DNA of 64,000 nt from the human T2T-CHM13v2.0 reference genome, Homo sapiens: assembly GCF_009914755.1 (NCBI RefSeq), contig NC_060933.1. The stretch is one strand, 5' to 3'. The position numbers and the translations under genes were made by a program. Under the pieces are notes generated by a model. That model ran no database searches. It was not told where the DNA came from and saw only the letters and a program-made list of their open reading frames with translations. Position 1 is the first letter of the stretch; each line of letters opens with the position of its first letter. Shown in pieces: positions 31,288 to 49,394 of this stretch.

Positions 31288-31582
31288 TTTTTTTTTTTTT
31301 TGAGACAGAATCTCACTCTGTCACCCAGGCTGGAGTGCAGTGGCGCAATGTCGGCTCACTGCAACCTCTGCCTCCTGGGTTCAAGCAATTCTTTGCCTCA
31401 GCCTCCTGAGTAGCTGGGATTACAGGCACCCGCCACGCCTGGCTAAATTTTTGTATTTTCAGTAGATACAGGGTTTCGCCATCTTGGCCAGGCTGGTCTT
31501 GAACTCCTGACCTCATGATCCACCCACCCCAGCGTCCCAAAGTGCTGGGATTACAGGTGTGAGCCACTGCGTCCGCCTGGCT
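31288..31582 (-). mobile_element. Alu (AluSg-like)
   Basis: Antisense dimer with TSD TATCCACCCTACTTT. Confidence 0.95.
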
Positions 31583-32224
31583 TATCCACCCTACTTTCAT
31601 ATTCATGTATATGAGAATATACATGAATATAGTTTTAAAAAATAACAGGTTTCAAAGGCATAAGTATATCTAAAATACGTGCTACAGGTGTTAAGAGCCA
31701 AGCAGAACCATTAATGAATGAAATGCTACTGTATATCCCAAACACAAAACTACTTTAAAGTTGGGATATTAATGGTGAAGTAGATCACTGTCCTCACACA
31801 GATTTCAAAGGGTAGGGCAATTTCTCTCTAGTAGTATTACTATTTCAACAAATTTAATCAGAAATTGTATAGAAGAAAAATATCTAAAAGATTTGGAGTC
31901 TCATGTCCTACCACAGCCATCAAGAAGGGCATAGAAAGCATGTCTTTCCTCTGAAGACTATTATAAAAGCCTCATAAAAATGTTCTCTGAAGGAATATTC
32001 TTAGGCTGACTGTAGTGATATACCTTGTAAAATAACTTACTTTTTCATCTTATCGTAGCAGTATGCTTACTACAGATGAACTGAGAACAAAAATATAAAG
32101 ACAAAAATTTAATCATAACTTTTTAAGTTATTTATAATCTCACAAGCTAAAGATACCTGCTGTCAACATTTGAGAAATTTCCTTCTAGTCTCATTCATTT
32201 TAATTATGAGTGACTTTTAAAATA

Positions 32225-32701
32225 CACTTGATCCTTAAACATCACAAGGGGTTAGGGGGACCAACCTCCCATGCAGTCAAAAATCCATGTATAATTTTTG
32301 ACTCCCCCAAAACTTTACTAATAGCCTACTGTTGACCAGAAGCCTTACTGATAAGTTGGTTAATACATATTTTATATGTTATATGTGTTATATATTGTAT
32401 TACTATAATAAACTAGAGAAAAGAAAATGTTATTAAGAAAATCATAAGGAACACAAAATATATTTACTATTCATTAAGGGGAAGTATATTGTCACAAAGG
32501 CCTTCATCCTCACTGCCTTCACACTGAGTAGGCCAAAGAGGAGGAGGAAGAGAAGGGGTTGGTCTTGCTGTCACAAGGGTGGCAGAAGAGGTGGAAGGGG
32601 AGGCAGAAGAGGCAGCCATACTTAGTGTAACTTTTATTGAAAAATATCCACATATAAGTGGACCTGCGTGATTCAAATTCATGTTGTTCAAGGGTCAACT
32701 G
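32225..32701. mobile_element. Tigger2a/MER28-like TcMar-Tigger element
   Basis: Terminal inverted repeats CACTTGATCCTTAAACA / TGTTCAAGGGTCAACTG with TA target duplications. Confidence 0.85.
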
Positions 32702-33956
32702 TACTAGGAGTTTTTCTGCCACTATACAAATGACACTGATATATTAATATGTAGAAAACTTAGATAATACAGAAAAACATAAAAAGGAAAATTTGTCACC
32801 TATAATCTCACTCACAGAAAAAATTCTTACTAATATCTTAGTGTAGTTCATACACAATGGAATCCATTCTCAACACCGATTTTTCACAATCATTTGTTCA
32901 CTTACAAGCATATTTTCAAGTCATTAAAAATGGTTTTTGTAGATATCTGGATGGTTTCCAATTATTCTCTAATATAAATATTAATTCAATGAACACACTT
33001 ATACAGAAATCACTGTCCATATTTCTGACAATTTTTTTTGGTCTGACCAATGTACATCCCTGCCAGCAGGGACTGACAGTATCTGTCTCATCCTAAGCTC
33101 GCAAACACTGAGAATGTGCTATACATAATTAGCTGCTACCCAAATATAATACAGTTTCTGTTTACTCAATAAAGAGAAAAAAAGGGAGTTTTAAAGGAAA
33201 ACTCAAAATGAAATAAACATAAGTAGGGATCTCCCTAAGAAGACAAATTATACATCCCTAACAAATACCAGGCAGTTGATAGCAATATTGAAAACCCTCT
33301 AACAGGACACAGTATAATATTAGGTTCTAGAAATCTCAGAAGTAAAAACAAATCAAAACATTCTTCTCATAGATGTATTTCATTAGTTGGAACTGATGAA
33401 ATGAATCAAGAATCACTCTCACCATTGGAGAAAAAAACTGACATCGAAAACACTGTTCATAAATTAAGATGCATAAAAATCAATGTTTTTATGTCTGAAT
33501 TATTTCAAATTTTTGTCAGCAAACAGTATTAAATATGGATATATACTTTGGTTTCCCAAATATAACAGAAAATTCTATAAATTCTTATCAAGGTAAACAA
33601 ATAACCAAAAATGGCATTTATTCAACAAATACTTACTGAACAACTTTGTTTTGGGTACTTTTATATATAAGAGACTCAAAGTTGTCAGAAAGAGTTCTTT
33701 CTTCAAAAATCCTGCCTTCAGTACCTTCACAATGTGGCCCTCTTATATCACAGAACATTTGCCCTGCCTACCTGTTGAAATATCACATGTCTCAGACTGT
33801 GGCTAGAAAAAGGAAAACATTTCAAGACAATGAATAATCAACTTAAATATCAAAATTTCTTGGGAGGAGGAAAAGAGGCAATACAATCCAACGGGATAGA
33901 TTCCATTAGCATGGCCTCTTACCAGCACACAGGAATGTTTACCCAAGTACCTATAG

Positions 33957-34160
<204 letters not shown>

Positions 34161-34346
34161 TAGGAATAAATATGTCTAGTAGGCCCTCGATAAATACTTA
34201 CTGAATTAAGATTACAGCAAGTTAGAGAAACTTGATGTCTTATTTGTTAAAGGGCCAAGTAGAATAAAGACTTTAAAATAAGAAACTTACATACCATTTT
34301 TCCCCCTACCCTTCCCCTCACATAAATTTGGTCAACATACTTCTTA

Positions 34347-34652
34347 GCCTGGCAGAGCGGTTCATGCCTGTAATCCCAGCACTTTGGGAAACTGAGGCAG
34401 GAGGACTGCTTGAAGCCAGGAGTTTGAGACCAGCCCAGCCAACATAGCAAGACCTCATCTCTGCAAAAAAAAAAAAAAAAAATCAAAAAATTAGCCAGCT
34501 GTGATGGCACATGCCTACCGTCCCAGCTACTTGAGAGGCTGAGGCAGGAGGATGGCTCAAGCCCAGGAGTTGGAGGCTGCAGTGGGCTATCAGGCCATTG
34601 TACTCCAACCTAAAAGACCAAGTGAGACACTTTCAAAGAACAAAAAACAAAA
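34347..34652 (+). mobile_element. Alu (AluJ-like)
   Basis: Dimer with TSD ACATACTTCT. Confidence 0.92.
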
Positions 34653-35209
34653 ACACATACTTCTCGAATTTCTTTTATTTGTCTATTTTCAGATCAGATT
34701 ATTTTTAGTTGTTGAGAAAAGGTCTAAAAAGCTAGGAAATGAAAAGTCTTAGTATTAAATTATTATATTCTGACATTATGTCTCCAGGTTAGCTCCACGC
34801 AGAGGCAGCTGACAAACACAGCTTCAGCAAAAGTCATGATCCATTTATGGTTCACTGTCAACAAATAGTGACCGGGGACATGAAACAGCATGATCAGGGA
34901 AGAAATTCAGAGTGGATGAAACAAAGGGTGTGTTTAAGAGCAGTGAGGAAAAGATGTGGCCTAGCAGTAGGATATTGGGGGCCCAAAAATAAAAGCCCAT
35001 GTCAGGTTAAAGCATTTAGATTTTTATCTAAAGATTGTCAGGGTATCAGGTTGTCAAGCAAAGTTAAATTTGCATTTAGCAACTGGATAGAAGATAGATA
35101 AGAATTGGGAAGACTGGAAGCAAGGAGACCACTTGGGCCGTTGCAGTTATTCAGATGAAAAAAAATGGTTTTGACCACAGTGGTGGCAGTAGAGATGCAA
35201 AGGGCTGTC

Positions 35210-35525
35210 ACATACTACAACATAAGTGAATTTTGAGGACATTATGCTAAATGAAATCACAAAACGACACATACTGTATGATTCTACTTATATAAGATAT
35301 CTAAAGTAGTCAAATACATAGAAACAAAGTAGAATGGTGATTACCAGGAACTGGAACGAGGGGAAATGGGAGTTGTTTTAATGGGTACAGAATTTCAGTT
35401 TTGCAAGGTGAAAAAGATCTGGAGATCTGTTGCACAACAAAGTGAATATATACTACTGAACTGTATATTTTAAAAGGGTTAAGATGGTAAATTTCTTACA
35501 GTCTTAATCCACAACTTTTTTAAAA
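35210..35525 (+). mobile_element. L1MB-type 3' end fragment
   Basis: GAGGACATTATGCTAAATGAAAT...GGGTACAGAATTTCAGTTTTGCAAG. Confidence 0.75.
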
Positions 35526-36059
35526 AGATGCAAACTGGAGTGCTTTTGTGTGTGTGTTTTACATTTTGCTCTATTCAACCTCTGAAAAACATCTACTGCT
35601 ATTTTCCTGAGCTGTAAAATGAGTTATCACCAAATGGTATCTGATTTGCAAGGCACCATAAGGTTTCACACGACCCCAAATATCTTACTGTATTACTTTG
35701 TCATGGTACTTAATATTTCCTCCAAAGACATTTATTCTTTTTTAAAAAGGAACACGCTTAAAATATTAACTGAAAAATAACTCAAATATAAGAAGTATTA
35801 TAGAATAAAAAGTGGAACCTCATCAACCTTCTCACAACCCTACTCCTGGCCTAAAAGTATTATTAATTAGATCAACTAAGTTTACCTAATGTAAATACAC
35901 AGGAAAATATAAATATAAAGGAAAAAGTCATTCTTTAAGGCCACTCTTAAGTGACTAACACAAAGTCATTAACTAGAGATGGTATTTTAACACAAGTACT
36001 TGAGTCCTATGTTTTACCTCAAACTTTTAAACCCAGTTGCTGTCTAGCTTTTTCTTAAA

Positions 36060-37070
<1,011 letters not shown>

Positions 37071-37277
37071 CTTGGGCTAGATTCTGATAGATATTTGAGG
37101 GGCAGACTTAATGAATCTTAGTAACCAATTGGTTGGAGAGAAAGAAGAGGAAAAATCTAGAATGACAGAAAAATAAAAGACATTTGGGGAAAGGGAGGGA
37201 ACAGAAAACACATTCATTTCTGAAATGATTAGGTTGTGTTTGCCCAAGAGTGAGTGACATGTAAGATTCAAGAGTTA

Positions 37278-37565
<288 letters not shown>

Positions 37566-38199
37566 TTAACCACAACTACTGAAGACTCAGTGAGACATAT
37601 GAAGGTTCTCCCATAAAACTCCCATAATTTAAAAGACAAAAAAACTTCAACACAATACCGCCATATCTCAGGTGGTAAAGAAAATAAATTTACAATCCTA
37701 AGGAGGAAAAATAAACTAAAGTACAATACCTCAAAACCAGAATCTCAACCTGGGTACGGTGGCATGTGCCTGCAGTCCTAGCTACTTGGGAGGCTGAGGC
37801 AGAAATAAATATCATAGATGCTTAAAAATGCCCCACTATGACTTTTAGGAATGCCTGTGAAGATATAAAAAAGAAATCTATAGAGTAATGAATCCTAGGC
37901 AAATATAATTAAAGAAAAAAGTTAAAGCTTTCATAAAAGACAAGTTCACTAACTGCATGGTTTCATGAAGACATCAGTTAGACAAAAATCTCCTATTTTC
38001 AGACAAGAAGGTCATCTCCGACACCTATCAAATTTCTCTATTGTGAGCGCCTAAAGAAGATAAGCAAGGGCAATAATTAATCAACAAATATACGAGGATT
38101 AAGGATGAGGAACAAGATTTGGAACTAGGCTCTGTCCTCTGAGATTCACCTCATTGTTGGAATTTCTAGCTAATTACTATTTTCCATCACATATTAGGT

Positions 38200-38860
38200 G
38201 GTAATTAAGATCTTGGCATCTGTCTTCAAATCTCAGCTCTGTCCCTTCTTAGCTATGTGACCCTCAGCAAACGACTTTTCTCTAGCTTCAGTTTTCTCAT
38301 TTCCAAAATGAGAATAATCATCCACATAACTACTGTCAACATTAAATGAGGTAATATAAGTAAACCACTTAGTACAATGCCTGACCCATAGTAAGTGCTC
38401 CATAAATGTTAGCTGATATTATCATATTATCATCTGTAAAATGGAGACCAATTCACACACCCTTAAGATTGAAAAGAAGTAAAATGACACATACAATGCC
38501 TAGGTACACAGGAGGCACTCAAATGGTAGATGTTACCCCTTACACTCTTTGGGAACTCCATATCATTCAGTATCAAACTGAGTATGAAATGGTACAGTGC
38601 AGCAATTAACGCTATGAAGCTGGATTTCCTGAGTTCAAATCCTGGCTCTGCCACTTAATACCTGTGTGATCTTGGGCAATTTATTTCCCTTACTGTGTCT
38701 TTCTATTTTCATCTGTAAAATGGGAAAAATAATAAGTATCTATCTTACTGGGTTGTTATGGGGATAAGACAAGCCCTCTTTTAAGTGCTTTACATATAAA
38801 GTCCTAAAAATAAAACCTGGAACATAAGTGCTATATAAATATTAACTATTATTATCTTAA
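38200..38860 (+). mobile_element. Tandem MIR elements
   Basis: Repeated MIR cores (CATCTGTAAAATGG, GTTCAAATCCTGGCTCTGCCACTT). Confidence 0.75.
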
Positions 38861-41477
38861 TAACAGAGGTACACATGCTTTGAGGCTGCTGCACATCAAA
38901 GAAATGAATTTGGACATAAGCAACTTAATATTTTTCTTGTATTTAAGAGAGGCCCAATGGAAATATTCATATACCCATCTTCAAAAATGGGAGGAAAAAA
39001 GGCTGAAGGAATAGCAAATTACAACACAGGAACTATATAACTACTAAGTAAATGTGACCTCATCCATCCAGAAACAGGTATGAAGGAAATGTATTTTCTA
39101 GCTCCGCCTTAACCATGTAATCACTCAGATAAAGGAGTCCTACATTCCAGAGAGATAGAGGAAAATGATTTTTCTTGCTCTTACCTTACAACAAACTGAT
39201 AACCAACACAGCTAACCTTTGTGCATTCTCACATAATTTTTAAGTGAAGAAAACATCTCTTAGGACAAAATAATCAATTCTGGAAGCTTTCTTAGAAATG
39301 CCTTCCTGCCTTATACTAGTCTTTTCTTCCCATACTCCACAAACTTCATCCCTGGGCAAGTCAGAAGAGGTATCTAAAGACGCAAAAATGCAAGCAAGTA
39401 AACATTCTTTAGAACTGAAAGGAAATCCTATGCTTGTTCTTACTTAGAAAGTTATGGAGTTAATCCTGTGGACTGGCTTATGTTGCTGACTTACAAAGCA
39501 AACAAAATACTAAATTGTATAAGCAACAAATAAAATCAGTGAATTGTAATTTATCTGTCTAAGAGCCTGTGCCTCCTACCAGACTGTAACTTCTCGAAAA
39601 AATACTTTATTCATCACCAGCATCTAGCACATTGCCTGGCACACACAGAAGGTGTTCAATAAGTGTTGACTGAATACAGTCAGAGAGCACCTCCTCCTTG
39701 TACAAGGTACTGTTAGGTGGCAGACAGCCAATAATGGTTCACTTAGGTTGATGTCAAAGATTTCTGTTTGAAATTTAAATAAAGCCAGGTCTGGCTAAAG
39801 AGCTGCAGCTGTAGTTGTACCTGCTCTCAACCCAGATTTATTCCCAATAGCAAGGCTACCCTCTTCTGCATGCCTGCTGATATTTCTCTCAAATGATGAG
39901 AAGCCACTTCCCATGTGGCCCTAGTGTGTAATTCTTTCTGCTCAACAAAGGAGGCAGTCTAGAATCTTTGGTCATAAAAATATGATGGTTAGCAACAGGA
40001 AGCAACTGCTGGGCAAGCCTGGTACACTTCCAAATGAAATCTTTCCATCTAGAATTCTCAATTGAAGGTGCCAAACTCAATCCAGAACATCTGGATTTGC
40101 TCCTCTGGCTTCAAGCGTTCTCCAAGAGAGGCTAGGAAAAAGTACGCTCTTGCCGGTACGTGTAGGTGTAATTGTATACTCAAATATTGTACTTTGGATA
40201 AGAGTCCAAGACTTGGCAAATGGATGGAATGTAGCACATGGAACTGCCTGAATAGATACCCACGCTAAGAGAAGGGTTTTCTTGCAAAATATAAACAGGC
40301 AAGGTGTGAATTGCCCCTCTGTGTCACAAGTTAGAAGAATTCACCCAGGAGAATAAGTTCTTAGGAATCAGTGGGGGAATAATGCTCAGAAGCATGTGAC
40401 AGGCAAAACAGCACCATTCCCTAGGAAAACGGCAAATTTATCAAACAATAACTCTTTACTTCTCCTACCCCAATAAGATAAATATATGTGATTATAATTT
40501 GATCCATACAGAAAAAAATATTGAGCTGCAAACTCTGGCAAACAGACAGTGCTGAAATTAAACATTATGAGCTTTGGCAGCTGCACTATGTACTCTCAGA
40601 TTCTTACATCATTACTCTGGTAAGGGCCCCGTACCAAGCTGGCATAGTTCTGATGTGGTCTGGAGGGAGACTTTCTTGCCTTTTATTTAAAAAAAAAAAT
40701 GACCTACATATAGCCTCTTTTCATGCCACAGGGAAATAAATATTTTCCTTTCCTCCAGATTTTGTTTTAAATGACAAAGCCATACTGCCAAGTTATTAAG
40801 AAAGTGTTAGAAATTATTATGAGATTTTTAAAGGCCACTTAGTACAAGCTCTAAAAAGACTTCTAAAACAGTAGACTTCAAAAACAGGATCTCTCCTAAA
40901 GTAGTGATAATCCATTTGTGGCAATAAAGAATCAGTTTATAGAGTGATGATTACTTTCTTGTTTATATTCTGACATTGGAAGTTTAAGTATCCAGATCCT
41001 CAGTAACCTCAAATGCAAAATGAAATAGTAATGTCACCGTTTGGGACAGTTCTTCTCACAATATCAGATATATGGCAAGTCCTCAGTAAGTACTAGACAA
41101 ACTTATGAACGATAGAACCTTTAAAATTCGTGACTAGAGCAATCATATACTTAACAGAGCTAAGTGGTTACCTTTACTTCACTCATATTCAAGACTGAAA
41201 AGAATTTACACATAAGCTAGTTTCAAGATCAAAACTGCGTTTGTCCCTTTCAACAACTGATACCACACAAACAAGACTTCATTCTCTATTTCCCTCCAGT
41301 GGCATCCAAGAAAAACATAAAAATTCCAAATCTCAAAAATAACAGGTTAAAGAAGAAAAAAAAAGGCCTTAGTGCTCATAAACTAGATATATAATTTGAC
41401 ATGTTTAGAGTGATAGGATTATGTTTCCTATCATGAAATATTTCAAATTTTCATATATGGTCAAAATAGTATAGTAA

Positions 41478-41810
<333 letters not shown>

Positions 41811-43184
41811 TTATTTTACCTTTTGAGATATAATTTACATATGGTAAGGTAAACAAATCTTAAGTCTGATAAAGTTTTCTCATATGTATTATATATGTTA
41901 ACTACTATCCAGATCAAAATATGAGCACACATTTATTGCAGCCCACAGGATTCCCTCGTGACCTTTCTCTCCAAAACATACTTATCATTCTAATCTCAGA
42001 TAGTATTCCTTTCACCACTAATAATCAAATCCAGCCTTTACTTTCCTGTTTTCTTTATAGTTTGCCAATGTCTATTTCAATCATAAGTATTTTGGCTACA
42101 GTGACCCCATGAAACAGAGAAAGTCTATGTAACATGCAAAAGACCTTACAATTTAGAATGCATACAAGCTTCCCAACATTTTTAAAGGGACAGAAGACTC
42201 AGAATGCTACCGTAAAAGAGAACAAAGGGAAACATGGAATTCATTTTGACTTAAATCCTAAAGAAAATACACTAGACTGTTTCTTGAAAAAAGCCTGTAA
42301 TGAGTATAGATTTCTAAATCAGTTTTGAGAGAATATTTGGCTGAATATTTAAACCTAAATGTTTTTATTGGCTGTCAGTAGGTATCTGAGTAAATCCCAT
42401 TCCAATTGCATTTTCCTTAAAGTTCACAACCATCTTAAGGCCATGCTCCCATGCCTAGAGGCTGACAACCTTCCTAAAAGAGCTAGATTCCTACACGGTC
42501 TTAGCCCCAGTATATACATACAAATTAAAAGAGAACCCTAATCACCACTTTCTCTTGGAGTAACGTCCTAAGTCTGAATAATGTACATATCATCACCCTT
42601 CGTTAACTGTAGAACTTAGTATTTCAATCAAATGACACAACCTAGCTGATGTGACATATTTAGCAATGTGCACCACTGTTGATATGCTCATGCAAACCAA
42701 GCACTTCTGGGGACAACTGGAGAACAATGGAGTGAGACAGAAGATGTAAGTGTAATAACAAATGCAACAACCACCACCTTATCAGAAAGGTTGTTGGAAG
42801 CATTTACTAAGATAATACAAAGAAAGGCTGTTACTGTTCTTACCTCACCTCCTCAGACTTACCTGGACTAAGTTATGACTTGAGAGAAATGCTCCCCCTC
42901 CCCTCACTTCCAAATCCTGGAGCAGCACAAATAAGGATCTGCTTCTAACAGTCAAACTCTCTCTAGTTCATTTATATAACTGAATATCCCTGGACGAGTT
43001 ACAAAGGGGATATTTGGATAAATTCTTTTAATCAGTTTGCTTTCATATAGCCTAGTTAAGACCTCACTCAGGAAATAAAATTTTAAGAAAGTAGTAAGAA
43101 AGCCCCAAAAGGGAGCGACCCAGTCCTAATAACTTTCTAGAAGCAAAAAAGTTATGCTGAGGGCATTCTAGGAAGAAAAGCAGC

Positions 43185-43300
43185 TGGCCCCGGTGGTTCG
43201 TGCCTATAATCCCAGCTACTCAGGAGGCTGAGGTAGGAGGTTTGCTTGGAAACTAGCCTAAGCAACACAGCAAGACCCCTGTCTCTAAAAATAAAAGAAA
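43185..43300 (+). mobile_element. Alu monomer (FLAM-like)
   Basis: Monomer consensus with A-rich tail. Confidence 0.8.
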
Positions 43301-43856
43301 AGGCCCCCATTTTGCATGTGGCTTATAAAGAACTTACAATTCTCTGTCCTCTATCCTCACCTCAAGTTCCCATTCAAGATACTAGCTAGGTATTTATAGT
43401 TAGTTCCTTATATATACATGTTACTCTTGAAGTTAATCTCACAGAGACTGTACAAAAATAGAGCAATTTCCATAACTGGTTGCTTCTGATCAGTGTTCAT
43501 TTTGGAGACATCGATAATCACCTGCCAATTACTGGCTATATTGTGACTGACATCTTATGGATGCTTTGTTCTCCAAACTGATTTGTTAAGCTGTAAACTG
43601 ACTACTTCCTATGTTAAAACGACTAGCAAGCTAGACCTGTACAACTTTTTCTATCTGCCTTAATCTAAAAACTAAATGTAGTATCAACTCAACTCAGCAG
43701 ATCCGCACCTGCCCCCTGATTATCTTGTCATAAAACCATCCGTAGGGAGCCAAAGAGGGTACTATTTAACAATGACACAATTGCTTGCAGTATAACATTA
43801 GCAGTATAAACAAAAGCATTTTTCATTGCTTTTCAAATCTTAAGAGTTTGAAAAAA

Positions 43857-44165
43857 GGCTGGGCACAGTGGCTGATGCCTGTAATTCCAGCACTTTGAGA
43901 GGCCAAGGCAGTGGATCACTTGAGGTCAGGAGTTCGAGACCAGCCTGGCCAACATGGTAAAACCCCATCTCTACTAAAAATACAAAAAAAAAAAATTAGC
44001 CGGTCATGGTGGCGAATGCCTTTAATCTCAGCTTCATGGGTGGCTAAGGTAGGAGGATAGCTTGAACCAGGGAGGTGGTGGTTGCAGTGAACCAAGCTCA
44101 TACCACTGCACTCCAGCCTGGACAACGGAGAGAGGTTCCATCTCAAAGAGAAAAAAAAAAAAAAA
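43857..44165 (+). mobile_element. Alu
   Basis: Dimer with TSD TAAGAGTTT.AAAAA. Confidence 0.93.
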
Positions 44166-44311
44166 GTAAGAGTTTAAAAAAAGACCTAACACCCACCAAA
44201 ATTATGGATGCCTATTGCAACTTCCAAAACAGACAAGATTATAGGGTGATTATTTATATCTCAAAAGGAAATTATGAGTTATACATTATATGTAATTATA
44301 CATACAGTCAA

Positions 44312-44334
44312 ATGTGTTTATGTGTCTGTGTGTA

Positions 44335-44371
<37 letters not shown>

Positions 44372-44385
44372 ATGTATGTATATGT
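44312..44385. repeat. (TG)n / (TATG)n microsatellite
   Basis: Direct observation. Confidence 0.95.
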
Positions 44386-45577
44386 AAATCGTGATGTGTG
44401 ACATTGAAAGAATGTTCCAAAAAAGGAGCTATTTCTTACAAATAGCTACTAAATGCTGAACCCTGCACCAGGCACTATTAACCTCTGCATCTGGACACTG
44501 TTTGGCATGCTGTATAACTGCTCATTTTCCCAAAACCATAAAAAAGCAAATGCCATGTGATTTACTTCTTATTCCCCCACAACCAGAATAAAACCCACAT
44601 AGTAACAATATTGTCCAATCAATATCTATTAAATAAACTGAACTGACTTAATTATAAAAAGATAACCTTGAGCAGAGGGATCAGTGAGACTCAGAAAATA
44701 CATAGTGTTTACAGTATGAACACACACAAAAAAAACGGAGTGTACAAAGTACAGAGGAAAAATGAAGTCGCTAAATATTTAGGCAATAAGCATTGATAGA
44801 TCAACCTTTATTGAGCTCCACTGTACAAACGAGCCCTTAAATACTATGGTAAAGCTCCAGGGGGATGCCAAAATAATACACGGTTTGTCTCCTCTGCTAT
44901 AGCCCACTGCAGCCATAAATGTTAGCTCTGAAGGGACTACGAGAGTTTCCCACCATTTGCCTAGAGTTTCCTAACATATGAACTCCAAAGCAGTGGTTCT
45001 CAAAGTATGGCCCACATATGTTTCCCAGACTCTTCCTGGGAGTCTGAAAAGTCAAAACTATTTCTATACTAACTCTAAGACATTATTTGCCTTTTTCACT
45101 ATGTTGACATTTGTAATGATGGTACAAAGTCAATGCTGGGTTAAACTGCTGCCCTTGGCAGTAATTTAGTAGTGTCACCAAAATGTACCAGTAGTCACTG
45201 TATTTGTCACTGTCACACACTACAGAAAAAAGGAGGGAAAGCCATTTTAACTTAATAATGTCCTTGATGAAGCAGTAAGATTTAGTGATTTTATTCAATC
45301 TTGACCCTGAGCAAACATCTTTTAAAATATTCTGTGTGACAAAACAGTAGGTACACATAAAGCACTTCTGCACAGTGGCTGCTTCAAGAAGCAGCACTGG
45401 AGTTATTGTTACGTTGTAAGCTGAACTAGCCCATTTTTTTCATTGACTATCATTTTACTTACTAAACAAATTGTGGTTATTCACACTTGGGTATCTGATG
45501 GATATTTTCTTGAAAATGAACAAAGTGAGTATGTCACTTCAAGGAAAACAAGTGACAGTATTTGTTGCCAATGATAA

Positions 45578-45887
<310 letters not shown>

Positions 45888-46216
45888 CAACATTTGAGCT
45901 TTTAAGCCAAAATTAGAATTTTGGGATATTTTTATCTGTCACTGTGAGCTTCACAGGTTCCAAATATTTAAAGATGTATCTGATGAGTTCAATGATATTT
46001 ACAAACTTAATTTTTTGATATTATGAAATGTGTCAATATTTAGAAAATCCGCATAACTCAGTGAACAAGTATTTTCCAAATGACCAATGTATGATGTCAC
46101 AAAATCATGCTTGGGTAAAAGATCCATGAAAAATGCAAGATAGACAAATGAATTTTAATAAAATCGAGTATGAAAAGTTCATTGATACAGTTTCTGATTC
46201 CATACCGCAACTAACC

Positions 46217-46583
<367 letters not shown>

Positions 46584-47171
46584 TAGTACGGTATCAAAAG
46601 AAGAATATGCAAAATTGTCTGAACTGACTATTAAAAAATCTTTTTTTATATATCTACGTAAAACCAGATTTTCTTCATATACTTTAACCCAAACAGTATA
46701 TTGTAACAGACATATGCAGATATGAGAATTCAGCTATCCTTTATGAAGTCAGACATTAAAGAGATCTGCAAAAATGTAAAACAATGTCATTCTTCTCACC
46801 AATTTTTAAAAAAATAGCTATTTTTACAGCTTTATTTTAAAATGTTACTTATGTTAATATATAATGGTTTATCATTTTTATTTAATCTTTAAATGAATTA
46901 AAATACTTTTAAGTTTCTCTGTTTAATTTCTAGAAAGTAGCTATAGCCCATATAAATAAAAGCTCTTGGGAATCTCAATGATTTTTATGAATGTAAGGGG
47001 GTCACTGGGACCAGAAAGTTTGAAAAACATTGCTCTATGGACAATAATTCTTTCTTTGTTTGGCAAGAGATCTTAGGGGTCCTGATTCTGTTTGGTTTGG
47101 GCTGGTATAATTTTTTATGAAAAAGTATGGAAATTGAAGTAACATATAGCACAGTCAAGACTTGAATCCAA

Positions 47172-47595
<424 letters not shown>

Positions 47596-47756
47596 TTACT
47601 AAGATGATAATTTAGAAACCCCTCGTTCCATTCTTTACAGCAAGCTGGAAGTTTGGTCAAGTAATTACAATAATAGTAACAAATTTGAATATTATATGCC
47701 AGGTGTTTTTCATTCCTGCTCTCACTTAATTCTCACCACTCTGATATAAATACAAT

Positions 47757-48055
<299 letters not shown>

Positions 48056-49394
48056 ATAAATAAATACAATTACTCACTAACCTTCATTTTACAGATGAAA
48101 ACCTGAGGTTAAACCACTTGCCAAAAGTCACACGGCTACTAAATGGCAGAACCAGGATTTGAAAACAATACTTCTAATAGATGTATTAGCAAAAAAGTCT
48201 CACAACTGCCAATCAAAACATTTGTGTGGATACTAGCAAAGTGGCATTTTTGGAAACAGAGCACCTATGACTCTTGCCCAGTGTGCCTTCAAATATAGAC
48301 AGAACAAAACACTAGCCTCGAGTATCGCCATACAAATTTAGTTCTACACAGACAACAGCAAGAAAACAAGCAAATAGGGAGATGTGCTAGGTATGACCAA
48401 GCTGCCTCTCTTCCTTACCCATCCAGCATTTCTACCATCACCCACTAAAAAGGAGTGACAGAAGTCAAGGATGAAGGATGCATCACCAACAGCCGGGACA
48501 GTGAAAACTCTTGGCAGGTGTTCTCTAAGCTCTAACTCCCTGCCTATGCAAACTAAACCCCAAGCCAAGTCCTCTTGGCTTTATCACACTGAGTGTTCAC
48601 AAGAGCCATCATTAATGTCCAAGCTCCACTTTTTCCAGGCTGATGACATGTGTCAGCCCTTGATTCCTGGTGCCACTCTTGCCTGTCAACTCAGGAAAGG
48701 CTTCTGTAATGCCTTTGGCTTTTCTGAAATACCTTCAAGACACAAGGCAGCAGCTGACACCAACTCTCTCCTGAGGATGGACACTTGGCCAGGAGCCCAA
48801 GCTGAAGTGGATTAGGAGGTTCTTGATCTTTATTAAAATCATTCCTACCTTCTTACTGGCAATTAAAATAAATTCCTCCCCAGAGAGCAGCCAGGGGTTC
48901 CTCGAGCCTCTTCCATCCAGTGGTAGTCATCTTTGATTAAAGAAAAGCGGTAAAGTGTAGCAGCAGCTGATAAATGTCAGACCCTGGAGGACCATCACAG
49001 AGTTTAGATCACTTTACAGCTATTTCTCATTTCATACCATGGACGGATTTTAACCCAACACCACTCAGTACTGCTTACTTAGTTAAATGCTTCAGGAAAG
49101 CCTCCCAAATCCAAGTCAATGGTCCATTTACAATAGTTTTGGGTGCATCCCTGAGGCTAAGATGTTTGACTCATCAGGCAGATTTTGACTTGAAGGCTAT
49201 ATCATCTATCTTGCAGATGGCCAATAGGAAACTTCTGCAAAAAAAAAAAAATTCTTTTTCATGATGAAGAGACAGAGTGGTATAATTATGATAAACACAC
49301 ATACATGTAGTCAAAGATTTCAATTCTGACCCTGCTGTGTGACTTAGAATCTTCATTTCCCTTCTAAATCTGTTTCTTCATCTGTTAAATTAAG

